In this document: positions 1-15,154 of the stretch, piece by piece
Numbering within the stretch: position 1 is the first letter of the stretch
Layout: each line of letters starts with the position of its first letter
Source: the human T2T-CHM13v2.0 reference genome, Homo sapiens
DNA: 64,000 nucleotides
Reading direction: 5' to 3' (one strand)
Assembly: GCF_009914755.1 (NCBI RefSeq)
Contig: NC_060939.1
Notes under the pieces: generated by a model
Told to the model about the DNA's origin: nothing
The model's database searches: none
The model's input: only the letters and a program-made list of their open reading frames with translations
Translations under genes and position numbers: made by a program

Positions 1-2683
1 CCTGAAACATATTTTCTAAGTTGTTGGCGTTCTCCCCTTGCCTTTGAGGGATGCCAGTGATTTGTAGTTTTGTCCTCTTTACATAATTTCTCGGAGGTTT
101 TGTTCATTCCTTTTTATTCTTTTGTCTTTATTTCCGTCTGTCTTATTTCAGAAAACAAGTCTTCAAGTTCTGAAATTCTTTCCTTAGCTTTGGTTTATTC
201 TGCTGTTAATTCTTGTGATTGTATTGTGAAATTCTTGTAGTGTGATATTCAGCTCTGTCAGATCCCTTAGGGTTTTTTTTTTTTTTTAAATACTGGTTAT
301 TTCATCCTTCAGCTCCTGTATCACTTTATTATGATTCTTATTTTCCTTGGGTTGGGTTTTGTCATCATCCCGAATCTCAATGATCTTTGTTCCTATCCAT
401 ATTCAGAATTATATTTCTGTCATTGCAGCCCATTTGGCCTGGTTAAGAACTGTTGTTGGAGAACTGGTACAGTCATTTGAAGGACATATGACACTCTGGC
501 CATTTGAGTTACTAGAGTTCTTGTGTTGGTTATTTCTCGTCAGTGTGTGTGGGTATTACTTTAACTGCAGTGTAGATTGAGTATGGTCAATAGACTTCTT
601 TACTGCATGTTTTCACTGAGTTGAGGTTTTGTGTAGGGTGTTTATTTGAAGCTGACTTCTTGTTTCTGGTTTCAGAGGGGAGGGTATGTCAGGTATCTTT
701 GGTGTTAAAGCTTTGGGGTATGATCCAGCAGGTGGCTCTTAGGCTTATTGGACAGCTGGTGGACTAAACAGTTGTTCAGTTGTGTGGCTCCCCTATGTTT
801 CCTCACAGTTGTAGCCATGTTCCCTCTCAGTGTCCTGAAAGTATGGGTTTCTCTGCCCCTTGAGTGCTGGCTGTAGTTCATGACATCCAGTACAGCTCTG
901 GGGAGATCTCAGTATTTATGTTCCTCCCCCAGCTTACAGGCTGCAGAGGGAGAGATCTTATTAGTGGTTTTGGCCAAGGGTTGTTTGCTTGATTCCTGGG
1001 GGCTCCACCTCAGAGAGATGCAGGTGAGCAGTTGCTTAGTGCAGTCAGCCCAGGATGGAGGGTCAGTGCTGTGGGCCCAAGCCAGGGGTTGGTTCCCTGT
1101 CTGGTGATGAGCCGTCAGAGGTGTGTGGGACCTGTGGGAGATGGACTGGCCTCCTCTCCTTGAGTTTACTGCAGCTTGTTGGAGTGTGGATAAAGCACTT
1201 AATGTCTTTGCTCCTTCATCAGACCGAGGGTGGCAAGGGCAGTTCCACAGTAGAGTCAGTGGCCGAGAGGCTTTTAGTTGCCACTAGAGGCTCTGTCCAG
1301 GGAGTTGCTGAGTTGGTGCTAGCTGAGTAGCTCTGGTTGGGGGTGGCTGGAGCCCCAGGCTTGGAGGACCTGCCCTGTGAGGAGATATGGGATCAGCCAC
1401 CCACGTAACAGTGGGGCCACTTTTCCCTAGGGCTGCTGTGGTATACTTGAGGCCTGCAGCAGTCCCTGGTCACCTCAGATTTTCCAGAATCTGGAGGTGT
1501 TACCAGTGAAGACTGTGAAACAGCAAAGATGGCTGCCTGTCCTTCCCTCTGGGAACTTTGTCCCAGGGAGGAATGACCTGTTGCTGGTCCAAAGGCACCT
1601 ATAGGAAGTGGCTGGAGACTCCAGTTGGGAGGTCCCCCAGTGAGGAGGAGCAGGATCAGGACTGCTTAAAAAAGCAGTCTGGCCACATTTTGGTAGAGCA
1701 TGTGTGCTGTGCTGGGGGTCCACTTCAGCCCTCGGTTGCCTCAGACACTCTGAAGCTCTAAGGCTGGAACAGCTGAGTCACCCAAACAGCAAAGATGGTA
1801 GCCACCCCTTCCTCCGGAAGCTTTGTTCCAGGGGAACTTCAGATCTCTGTTGGCTGGAGAGCTTGGGTGGGGGTGGCTGGAGGCCCAGGTTGGGAGGTCC
1901 TACCCAGTGAAGAGGAATGGGATTGGGCACCTGCTTAAAGCAACAGCCTGGCCACGTTTGGGTAGAGCAGCTGTGCTGTGCTGTGCTGGGGCATCCCTTC
2001 TGTTCTGGGTCAGCACAGATTCTCCAAAGCACAAAGGCTGGAATGGCAAAGATGGTGGCCCACCTCTTCCCCTAGGAGCTCCTTCTTAGGGAGGTGCAGT
2101 GCCACTACTGGCAGCTGGCTAGAATTCCAAGCCAGTGGGTCTTATCTTGTGGGCTGCCATGGAAGTGGGTCCTGTGGGCTCTTGCTGGTCAGTCCCCTGG
2201 ATTCAGCCTCTTTCCTAGGGGTATTTACAGGAGTCTAACCTCCCACCCTGCTGGAGGTACAGCTACTTTTGCCAGAAAGCCCAAGTATCTAAGGCTCCAG
2301 GGTCTTCACGCATGCCAAGACTCCACATGGCTCTGTTGGTCAGACTGAAGACTGCAGGCCCTGGTGGAGTGGGTTCACAAGGCGATCTCTTAACCTGAAG
2401 TTTGCAAAGGTCTGTGGGAGAAGCATAGTTTCTGGGGATCGCTCATTCACTCACTGCTTCCCTGAGTCGGGGAGGAACCCCTGGCTCCGTGTTGCTCCCA
2501 GGTGCGCTGTTTTCCTGCCTTGCTTTTCTCTGTTCTCTGTGGGTCAAGTTGTTTCCTTGATTAATCCCAATGAGAGTACCTGGATGTTTCAGTTGAAGGT
2601 GTTGTATTTACTCACCCTTTCTGTTCCTCTCTGTGAGAGTCACACACACTAGCTGCCTCTAGTCGGCTCTGTTGGCCACTCCC
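1..2683 (-). mobile_element. Old primate LINE-1 (L1PA15-17/L1PREC2 class): 5'UTR plus start of decayed ORF1
   Basis: 1-540 reads as antisense ORF1 (GGGATGCCAGTGATTTGTAG...GAGTTCTTGTGTTGGTTATTTCTCGT) with the start codon decayed to ACG at 538-540. The 5' terminus TCCCAATGAGAGTACCTGGATGTTTCAGTTGAAGG...CTAGTCGG at ~2564-2680 matches this class as I recall it. The element runs off the left edge. Confidence 0.85.
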
Positions 2684-2704
2684 TAGCCGTTTAAACTGTT
2701 TAAA

Positions 2705-2865
2705 AAAAAATCTTATCGTGATGTAATTCACATGCTATATAACTTACCCATTTAAAGTGTACAGTTATTTTAGTATATCCAGAGAGTTGTTCAACTGTCA
2801 CTGTGATCAATTTTGAATCTTTTCATCACCCCAGAACGAGACTTTGCACACCTTAGTTGTTATCT
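2705..2865 (-). mobile_element. L1M (L1MB-like) 3' end fragment
   Basis: GTAATTCACATGCTATATAACTTACCCATTTAAAGTGTACAG...TTTTCATCACCCCAGAA is the typical antisense L1M 3'UTR terminus. Confidence 0.7.
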
Positions 2866-4497
2866 TGACCCAAATTTCGTAACTGTTTTGAGTTACTCAC
2901 TGAAGATCATTTGGTCTCTTAACAGGCAGCAAGAAATTGATCCAGATTATCTCCTTTCTCGATCTGTCGTCTTACTGACAGATTTTTAGGCACCAAAAAT
3001 CACAATTCCTTTCTGTGTATGCTACTTTAAGATAGATTTCTTGTCTTCTGTGAGTTCATTTGGGAGTTTCAGTGAAGGACCTGGGTGTTTTGATGGAAGT
3101 ACATGGTTTATGTGTATCCATATTAAATTTCATCTTGGTGTATTGGGCCTCTCATGTCTGTCCTTGGTACATCCTTTTAGCCTTTTAGGACTTCTGGATC
3201 TTCAGTCTGCCTTTTAATGTATTAATGTTCTTAGTGAACCTAATATGGTCTGTATATTTGATCATTTGATCATTAGATTTTTTTTTTAAGTCATTGGCAA
3301 ATGTGTTAATTAGAATTAGGCAGAGTGGGAGTGGGGAAGAGTTGGCGTTGCCTGTACAAAATCTCGTTTCTTGTAGATATTTATGAATTACTCATTTTGC
3401 TTTGTTTACAGAACCATTATAGGGTTGAGGATGGCAACAGTGGGACACGAGGCATATTCTCCCCCTCCCACAGTGCTTCTCTAAATTCCTAGATTTCACC
3501 TAGAAGCACAGACAAAAGCATGAGCGGCGGGAGGGGAATTTTAGTCACACTCTTTATACTTATAGCCACCATGACGTCTCAACTCACATTTCTTCAGTTT
3601 GTTCACAGCAATAACATAGGGGATTTGGGCATAGGTTTTACTCAAATTCAGACACAGTGTTTTTAGTTTTCCTTAGTCTCTGTTACCAATCCCTTGGATG
3701 ATAAAATTTATTTTAAAAAAAGAACTGTGGTGTGTCTTCTTGAAGGTATATGCTGAGCTTTTAGATTATTGCTTCCCTTTCAAAGGCGCACAGTCCATCC
3801 CTTTAACAATTTGTGTCTGACACCGAGATAAAACTCAATAGATTACAGATTGTTGAATCTAGCTTCTTACTGCAAACTACTGTAATCCCTTTGTAATCTT
3901 CCATCTGTTTTATTCTTAAATAATCTTCTTCTGGGACTTAGGATGTATCTCTTTCTAGCCTGGGACTAACTCCTTTAAGTCAGATAGTGTGACTTATTTA
4001 TTCTATGTTATGTACCCTGAAGTTCATTCTCATTGATTGAAAAGGAGGACATAAAATAGAAAAAGCACTCTTTTATATACTTTCACACATCACCACTCTG
4101 AGCCTTAAGTCTTAGATCTTCCTTATTTGTCTTGCTGCAAACATAATTAGAAAATCAGAAAAGCTCTTTTTTGTAGTCCATGGCATTTTTCCAAGGTACA
4201 GTTCAGTTTTGGAGTAAAGAATCATACCCTTTCTGGCTTTCCACTCTAAACTTCTGCAAATTCATTCTTCTTCTTGTAAGCAAAATCAGAGGTGTTTAAT
4301 TGTTTAGTCACTTGGATATATACACTGAACATTTTTAGTTAAACAGACCTTTCTGCTTTGAATTGAGGATGACTGTTAATAAGGTGTTAGAAATGAAAAT
4401 CAATCCTGACTTCTTCTTCTTAATCAGAATCCAAATAATAAGGACTGCACTGCTGCAGTCTCTATGGGGACACCCACTGCTCTCACTTTTCTGTTTT

Positions 4498-4594
4498 CTT
4501 CTTTTTAAAAAATTTTATTTTTTAATTTAATTTTATTTTTTTACTGTTCCTTGCAGAGCAGGGCTACCCCAAAGGCAGTGTTCCCAGAGTAGCC
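4498..4594 (-). pseudogene. Short retroposed small-RNA-like sequence (52 nt plus decayed poly(A)), probably from an ERV1 LTR (MER41-like R region)
   Basis: Minus strand reads GGCTACTCTGGGAACACTGCCTTTGGGGTAGCCCTGCTCTGCAAGGAACAGT (4594-4543) followed by an A-rich tail (4542-4498). Flanked by direct repeats CACTTTTCTGTTTT (4484-4497) and CACTTTCTGTTTT (4595-4607). The LTR source is from memory and unverified. Confidence 0.7.
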
Positions 4595-4603
4595 CACTTT
4601 CTG

Positions 4604-4828
4604 TTTTTTTTTTTTTTTTTGAGACAGAGTCTTGCTCTGTCGCCCGGGCTGGAGTGCAGTGGCGCAATCTTGGCTCACTGCAAACTGTGGCCTCCCGGGT
4701 TCACACCATTCTTCTGCCTCAGCCTCCCGAGTAGCTGGGACTACAGGCGCCCGCCACCACGCTTGGCTAATTTTTTATATTTTTAGTAGAGATGGGGTTT
4801 CACCGTGTTAGCCAGGATGGTCTTGATC
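4604..4828 (-). mobile_element. AluY, 5'-truncated
   Basis: T-tail then Alu body with Y-type diagnostics (TTCACACCATTC, CCGTGTTAGCCAGGATGG). Ends at GATC. TSD CCACTTTCTGTTT / CCACTTTCTATTT. Confidence 0.92.
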
Positions 4829-5912
4829 CACTTTCTATTTCCTTATAGCTCATGTTGACAGCTTTTCTCTCCAACATGGGTCTACTCATCTCATGTAAAA
4901 TTATTACTATACGTTCTTGTTGAGATCATGAACCTTCTCTAAAAATTTCATGAGGTTGTGGATTTGGAGAAGTATTCCTCAGTCCATTCAATACAATAAC
5001 AGTAATGACTATAGTTTATTATCTACTGTGAGTCAGGCACCAACTGTAGCGAGACATTCTAGTTACGTTTTCTTGTATACTTCCCCACAGTGTTACAAAG
5101 AGGACATGATCCCCTTTTTTCTGATCAGTAACTTGAACCTGTAAAGTGAAGGTTGAATGAATTGCCCCAGACCTCATAGAAATAATATATTCTGCATTTG
5201 TATTTTTAAATCAGTTTTTAAAAAGTAACACATCTAAAATAGTAAGAGGCATGTCTAAAATTCTAGTGTAGGTCTGTTTAACACCACAGTGAGTGCTGCT
5301 TTTTTTTGGTGATTGAGGGCCTACCGTAATATATCATTGTGGCAGCTTCTTTGGAAGATAAGAAATTATCCACCAGAAATAAAGAGGACACATTCTCTTT
5401 TAAGGAAAACACCATCTCGGCTTTTAAACACTTTTCTTTTTTAAAGGGTGAAGGAAGCCATGGAGATTTCTTAAGAAGAGAGACACTTCCTACCTTTCTT
5501 TTGGGAAGCACTGTACTGATTCTGTTCAGCAGTGTACAGAATTGGAGCCATAGTAGAAGGAGGTGGAGATTGGAGAGCGCCTAGCTCAGCACCCTTGGCG
5601 ACTAGTTGTAGCCCTGACTCCTTGGAGTGATCTGTATGTCACTCTGTATTTGGACACAGCTGTTTCCTCGGGTTGCATGGTAACAAACCAAATAATTTGC
5701 CTTTAGGCTCTTTTGCTTACTATGTCTGTCATCTTTTACACAACTGAAGCCTTTGGTGGAGAAGGATTTTGAGTTGACTACATTGCTTAATTGTAATGAC
5801 TATTCTGTTTGACCTTTCTAAGCCAGAGCTTCACGAAGAGAGATTTGAATGTTTGCTCCGTAGAAGTAGGTCTCTTCCAGGGGTGAGGCACTGTCTTAAA
5901 AAGTTATAAAGA

Positions 5913-6224
<312 letters not shown>

Positions 6225-7116
6225 TTAATTATCCCTTAAAAATAGATATTCCAGTTTTTCTGATTTTTAGTAATACATGTTTGTTACGGAAATTCTGAAA
6301 TATGTAGACCTTAACTTATGGAAACTTTAGAATATAAAGTAGAAAAATGAAAATTACCCATAATTGTAATTTCTAGGAATAATCACTATGAACATTTGAG
6401 TCTTCCCCTTTCTTTTTTTCTCTTTTTTTGTATTTTTTGTTTTTTGTTTTTTTTTTTTTTTACTATATATGTATGGAGTGCAACACATCTGTATTTTAGT
6501 TATCACTTTACATTGATTAAGCATTTGTACATGCTATTAAGTTCCTCTCATAGCTCTAATTTATATATTAAAATAATCATTCTCCTAATGTTATATAGAT
6601 TATTTCCAGATTTTAATAGTATAAATAAAATCCTTGTAGACACAGTTATTTGTAAATGTTTGATTTTTAATACCTAATACGTATTAGACAGATTTCTACT
6701 GCGTTGAAACTTAGGGTGATCATTTTGAATGGCAGTTTTTACAACTGAAGATTTTCCCTCCTGAAAACTTTATTTTAAGCATCTTGGATAAATGTTTCTT
6801 AAAAAACATTATATACTTTAATAAATTACTTAACAGCTTAAGTTTTCCGTGACAACTTGGTGCCATCATTAAATTATAAGCATCAATCTTACTGTGTTGC
6901 TGGAATAGTCTCCTCCTTAATGGCTTCTATCACTCCAGCCTTTCTTGTTCCTGTCTGGCTTCTTTCTAAATATTTGTTTTCCTTAGTGTGTTGCATTGAG
7001 TCATACTTTTCTGCATGTACTTGTCTAGACAGTTTCAACTACCTTCATGTCATAAACTATATCACTTTTGTGCGAATGATTCCCAAATCTACAGCTCTAA
7101 CCAAGACTTTGCATGA

Positions 7117-7551
<435 letters not shown>

Positions 7552-7554
7552 TGC

Positions 7555-7851
7555 TTTTTCTTTTTTTTTTGAGATGGAGTCTCGCTCTGTCGCCCAGGCT
7601 GGAGTGCAGTGGTGCAATCTCAGCTCACTGCAAGCTCCGCCTCCCAGGTTCACACCATTCTGCTGCCTCAGCCTCCTGAGTAGCTGGGATTGCAGGTGAC
7701 CGCCACAACGCCCAGCTAATTTTTTGTATTTTTAGTAGAGATGGGGTTTCACCGTGTTAGCCAGGATAGTCTCAATCTCCTGACCTTGTGATCCGCCTGC
7801 CTCAGCCTCCCAAAGTGCTGGGATTACAGGCGTGAGCCACTGTGCCTGGCC
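7555..7851 (-). mobile_element. AluY-like, in tandem with the previous Alu
   Basis: CAAGCTCCGCC, TTCACACCATTC and CCGTGTTAGCCAGG diagnostics. TSD AGCCTGCTTTT on both sides. Confidence 0.92.
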
Positions 7852-8552
7852 TAGCCTGCTTTTCCTTAACAGTACCATCATCTATCTAGTTAAGGTGAAA
7901 ATCTTTCTAGACTCCTACTTAGTCTTCACTCTCAAGTATATTGGATCACTAAGTTCTAGCCATGCTACCTTTCAAATATTTCTCAAATTTGTTTTCTCCT
8001 CTTCATCCCTATTACTATTGCCCATATTTAGGTTCACTAGTTTTTATCAGGACAGCTGCAGTAGCCTCCCAAGTTCCTTTTCACAGACTTACCTTTTCAA
8101 ATGTGTTTTCATATCAAGGGCAAAAATTGCTTTCTTGGGCATACATGTCATGCTATTTTAATGCTTACAGACTTTTAATGGCTTCCCATTGCACCTGGAG
8201 TCAAATTTAACTCCATATTAGTCTATAATTGTTTCTTTTTATCTTTCTGGCGTTTTCTCCTGCTCCTATCACACACACACTCACCAAGCTTTTGCTATCA
8301 AACTTCTAGCAGTTTTCTGACTATTGTGTGCAATTTTATGTGCATATGCATTTGTACAGGCTGTTTATTCTCCCTGGAAAGTACACAGCCCCCGATACAG
8401 CTCGCCCTGCATTTTACCCATCATTGTAATGCGTTCTTAGAAGATACAGTGGAAGTTCACTGGTGTGACATTATTCATGAACCCTGTCACCCCCAGCCTG
8501 GACAGAAATACCTTCCTTGCTCCATGTTTATTGAGCCATTTATGATACTTTC

Positions 8553-9070
8553 TGTGGTAGACAGGATAATGGCCCCCACAAAGTTGTCCATGTCCTTATC
8601 CTTGGAACCTATGAACATTTTACCTTATATGGCACAAGGTTCTCTCTGAAGATATAATTAAGATGAAAGGCCTTGAGATGTGGAGATCATCTTGGATTAC
8701 CCAGATGGGCCAGTCTAATCATAGGAATCTTTAAAAGCAGAGAACCTTTCTTGCCTGTGGGCAGAGAGAGAGATGACAATTGAAGAAAGGTCAGATAAAT
8801 TTGACTTTGCTGGCTCTGAAGATGGAGAAAGGGGCTGCATGCAGCCAAGAGATGCAAGTGCCCACTAGAAGCTGCAATAAAGGTCAGGGAGAAAGATTTT
8901 CCCATAGAGCCTCCTGAAAGGAATGTAGCTCAGATGGCACCTTGATTTTTAGCCCTGTGAGATCGATCTCAGATTTCTAACCTACAGAATGGGGGAACAG
9001 AGTTTTTTTTTTTGTTATTTTAAGTTACTAAGTTTGTGGTAGTTTATGACATCAATAGAAAATGAATATA
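8553..9070 (+). mobile_element. MaLR solo LTR (MLT1C/D-like)
   Basis: TGTGGTAGACAGGATAATGGCCCCCA...GTTTGTGGTAGTTTATGACATCAATAGAAAATGAATATA, with near-TSD CTTTC / CTGTC. Confidence 0.85.
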
Positions 9071-9108
9071 CTGTCATTGCATCTTCTCTGTCTTATCAAG
9101 TTATATAG

Positions 9109-9520
<412 letters not shown>

Positions 9521-10029
9521 TAACCCTGAAAAGTTTGAATGTGTGAATTAACTAATATAGTGTTATTTGTATCCTGATAATGTGTTCAACAATCCTTGCT
9601 ACATACCAAATCCCCCTATTTATTTTTTGGGTTACTGTTTTCACTTTTTAAATGGTGTGTTTTTTTTTGTTGTTGTTGTTGGGGGAGGGGTGCAGGGAAG
9701 TCTCTTTCCTTCTTGTTAACTTTTTTTCTTTCTGCTCCTATTTTCTTTAGCCATGGTGGTTCTTTTCCTGTTGATAGTTTGTTGCTTCAAATATGTCATT
9801 TGCACATGACAGTTTAAAGTAGAGTGACATTGTATCTAAGTCCCTTTTGGATAGAAGTTTTTGTAGTAAAGCTAAGATGTTGGGAGTTTATGTTTTCTCA
9901 GTGTGTCTTTACAGGCATGTACTTCCTTTCCCATAGAGAAATCTGAACAAGAATTTTAACTTTGGTAATTTTATTAAATGAAATAAAATTACTGATTTCG
10001 TCTATTTGTTAAACTTGCATTCCAGTGTA

Positions 10030-11370
<1,341 letters not shown>

Positions 11371-11775
11371 TAGAGATCGTTGCCGTTTGACAAATTAAAA
11401 GGATGCTTCTTTCACATTGAGCCTAAGAATAATTTAGGCTTGACTTTCTTCTCCCCAATGATCTGATTTATCAAGCCTGACTGATTTCAGTTGCTGTAGT
11501 GTTTCTTTCTGGGTCTTACAGATCCACACTGTTATGAGATCACTAGATTAAATTGCAGCCAGGACTAAATTGCACAAAATGGTAGAATATATGGATGGTG
11601 GTTTTTTGAAACATGCCAGGGCTGGTTTCTTTCGGAGATCTGTAGTGAACACTGGATCTTTTTGTGTGTGCTGCTTTTCCCTCTGCCCTTTTTCTTTGCT
11701 TTCCTTTCCTGCTACCCTCTTCTTGTTTCTGAGAAAGGGCAAAAAGGAGACTGAAGCATTTGAGCTAGACTGGCT

Positions 11776-11816
11776 ACATCAAAGGCAGTGAGTTCTATTG
11801 ATATCTGAGTCAGCTG
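11776..11816 (+). promoter_or_regulatory. Motif cluster: TCF/LEF, AP-1/ARE and E-box
   Basis: ACATCAAAGG (11776-11785), TGAGTCAGC (11806-11814) and CAGCTG (11811-11816) in apparently non-repetitive sequence. Motif match only. Confidence 0.3.
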
Positions 11817-12978
11817 CAACATAAAGCGACTACTGGGGAGGCTTTTGTTGGGTCTTTACTTTTTTTTTTTTTCCCCCTGGGTGATGTTGCTGGTGGCAGT
11901 GCTAGGAGTCAGTTGGTAATGAGTCCTTGCCAATGTGCCTTGATTGAAATTTGGAAGCCAGATTCCTGTGATTTTAACCATAACCTTTTTAGAAATGCAT
12001 ACTTGTATGCTCAACAGCCAGGTAGTATGTACTGCGGAAGCCATAATGATTGTTACAGTTTTGAATTACTGCTCCCGAGGCCCTGTTCCTACTTCTTTTT
12101 GTCCTAGTTGCTCTTGAACCACCCCGATGATCACTCTTCCCTTTCCCACACGGCGTCTATGATCCAACAACCAAAGGGTTAAAGTCTGGCATGCCTTCCT
12201 CTTTTCTGTTTTATCTGACTGGCGACTTTCCTCTTCATAAATACTGAAATATCTCCCTTCCCTGTCCCTGTTGTGCCTGTGCCCATCCTTGTGTGTGCTC
12301 TAGTATGTGTTAAAAATAGTTGTTAGAAGTCCAGTTACAGATTTTGGAAGGTAATACAGTCTAGAATTTAAAAAAATGAGCTTTGGATTTAGGTTGACTC
12401 CAGAGTTTATAACTTTTGAGCAGTGTCCTTAAACAAGTTCTTTGAGCCCTATTGTCCATTTTCTTGTAGAATATGGATAATATCTATTCCTGAGTTTTGA
12501 AACTTAATCTGTATGATAAGCCTTCCACATTCATATTTATTCCTTTGATTTCATTTTGGTTTTATCATAGCCAGTTATCCTAGGTCATTTCTAACTCTCT
12601 AGTTTTTGTATAATTATTCTGTTTTAAGGAATTAATTTCAAAGAGGGAGGTTAGAACTGGTAGGTTCTTGTTCATCTGTCTTTACCAAAGAGAAGTCTGA
12701 GGCTCAGAGTTAAATTGAGCTGCTCAAGCTTATATAACTCGGAAGCAGTGTAACTAGAATTTAACCTCAGGCAGTCTGATACCAGAGTCAGGACTATTAA
12801 CAAATTTGTATCAACATCTCTCTAACAATAAGGTTATGTCGGTTTAGAATTTTCAATTGCTTACCCCGTCCCTTTTTCTTTTTTTACTAGTTCTTTAATT
12901 TCTAAGGATAGGTTAATGATGAAACCAGAGACTAAACTGTAGTTTTCTCCTAAACCTGCTTGTAATTACCTTTATTGA

Positions 12979-13304
<326 letters not shown>

Positions 13305-13398
13305 AGGCATTAATTACTTTTTAACCTTGCTGTATATATCTGTTCTTTAGTAGGCTAGAGATCTTTTAAAGGCAAATATTTGGATCTTAGTCATTTTT

Positions 13399-14669
<1,271 letters not shown>

Positions 14670-15128
14670 TTAGTCATTTTTGAATCCTTTGGCAGATTCA
14701 GTTTTGTATCCCTCTTCCCATTTGTACTGTCTAGCACTGCATCTTATTCATCATAATGGGCACACAGTACTTTTTATTGGTGACAGTGATGACTTGAATA
14801 AAACCTTTGAAACACCAGAATAAGCTTTTAAATTTTTGCTCAGTTGTTAAGCTTTGGAATCTTGGAATTAAGAGAAACTTAAAGATCCTTTGATCTTTTT
14901 CCTGGTTAATCTTCTTTAATTTTTGTCCACTGCTATTTTTACAACATGATTTTTATTTTGTTTACCATCCCTTCACTTTGTTCCCAACCTTTTAAAAATT
15001 TTATCTGTGTCTGTCTTGGTGGGTTCCCAGCATGGACCATTATATCCTAGGTTTGTTAAGTAAATAGTAATTTGGAATCACTCATTACCTTCTCTGCATT
15101 GGATACTACATCTATTATTGTATTAACT

Positions 15129-15154
15129 ACACACACACACACACACACACACAC
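15129..15154. repeat. (AC)13 microsatellite
   Basis: Direct read. Confidence 0.95.

Noticed and set aside
2900-4480. Possible very old CR1/L3 remnants
   Set aside because: The resemblance is too weak to support by eye; it needs an HMM search.
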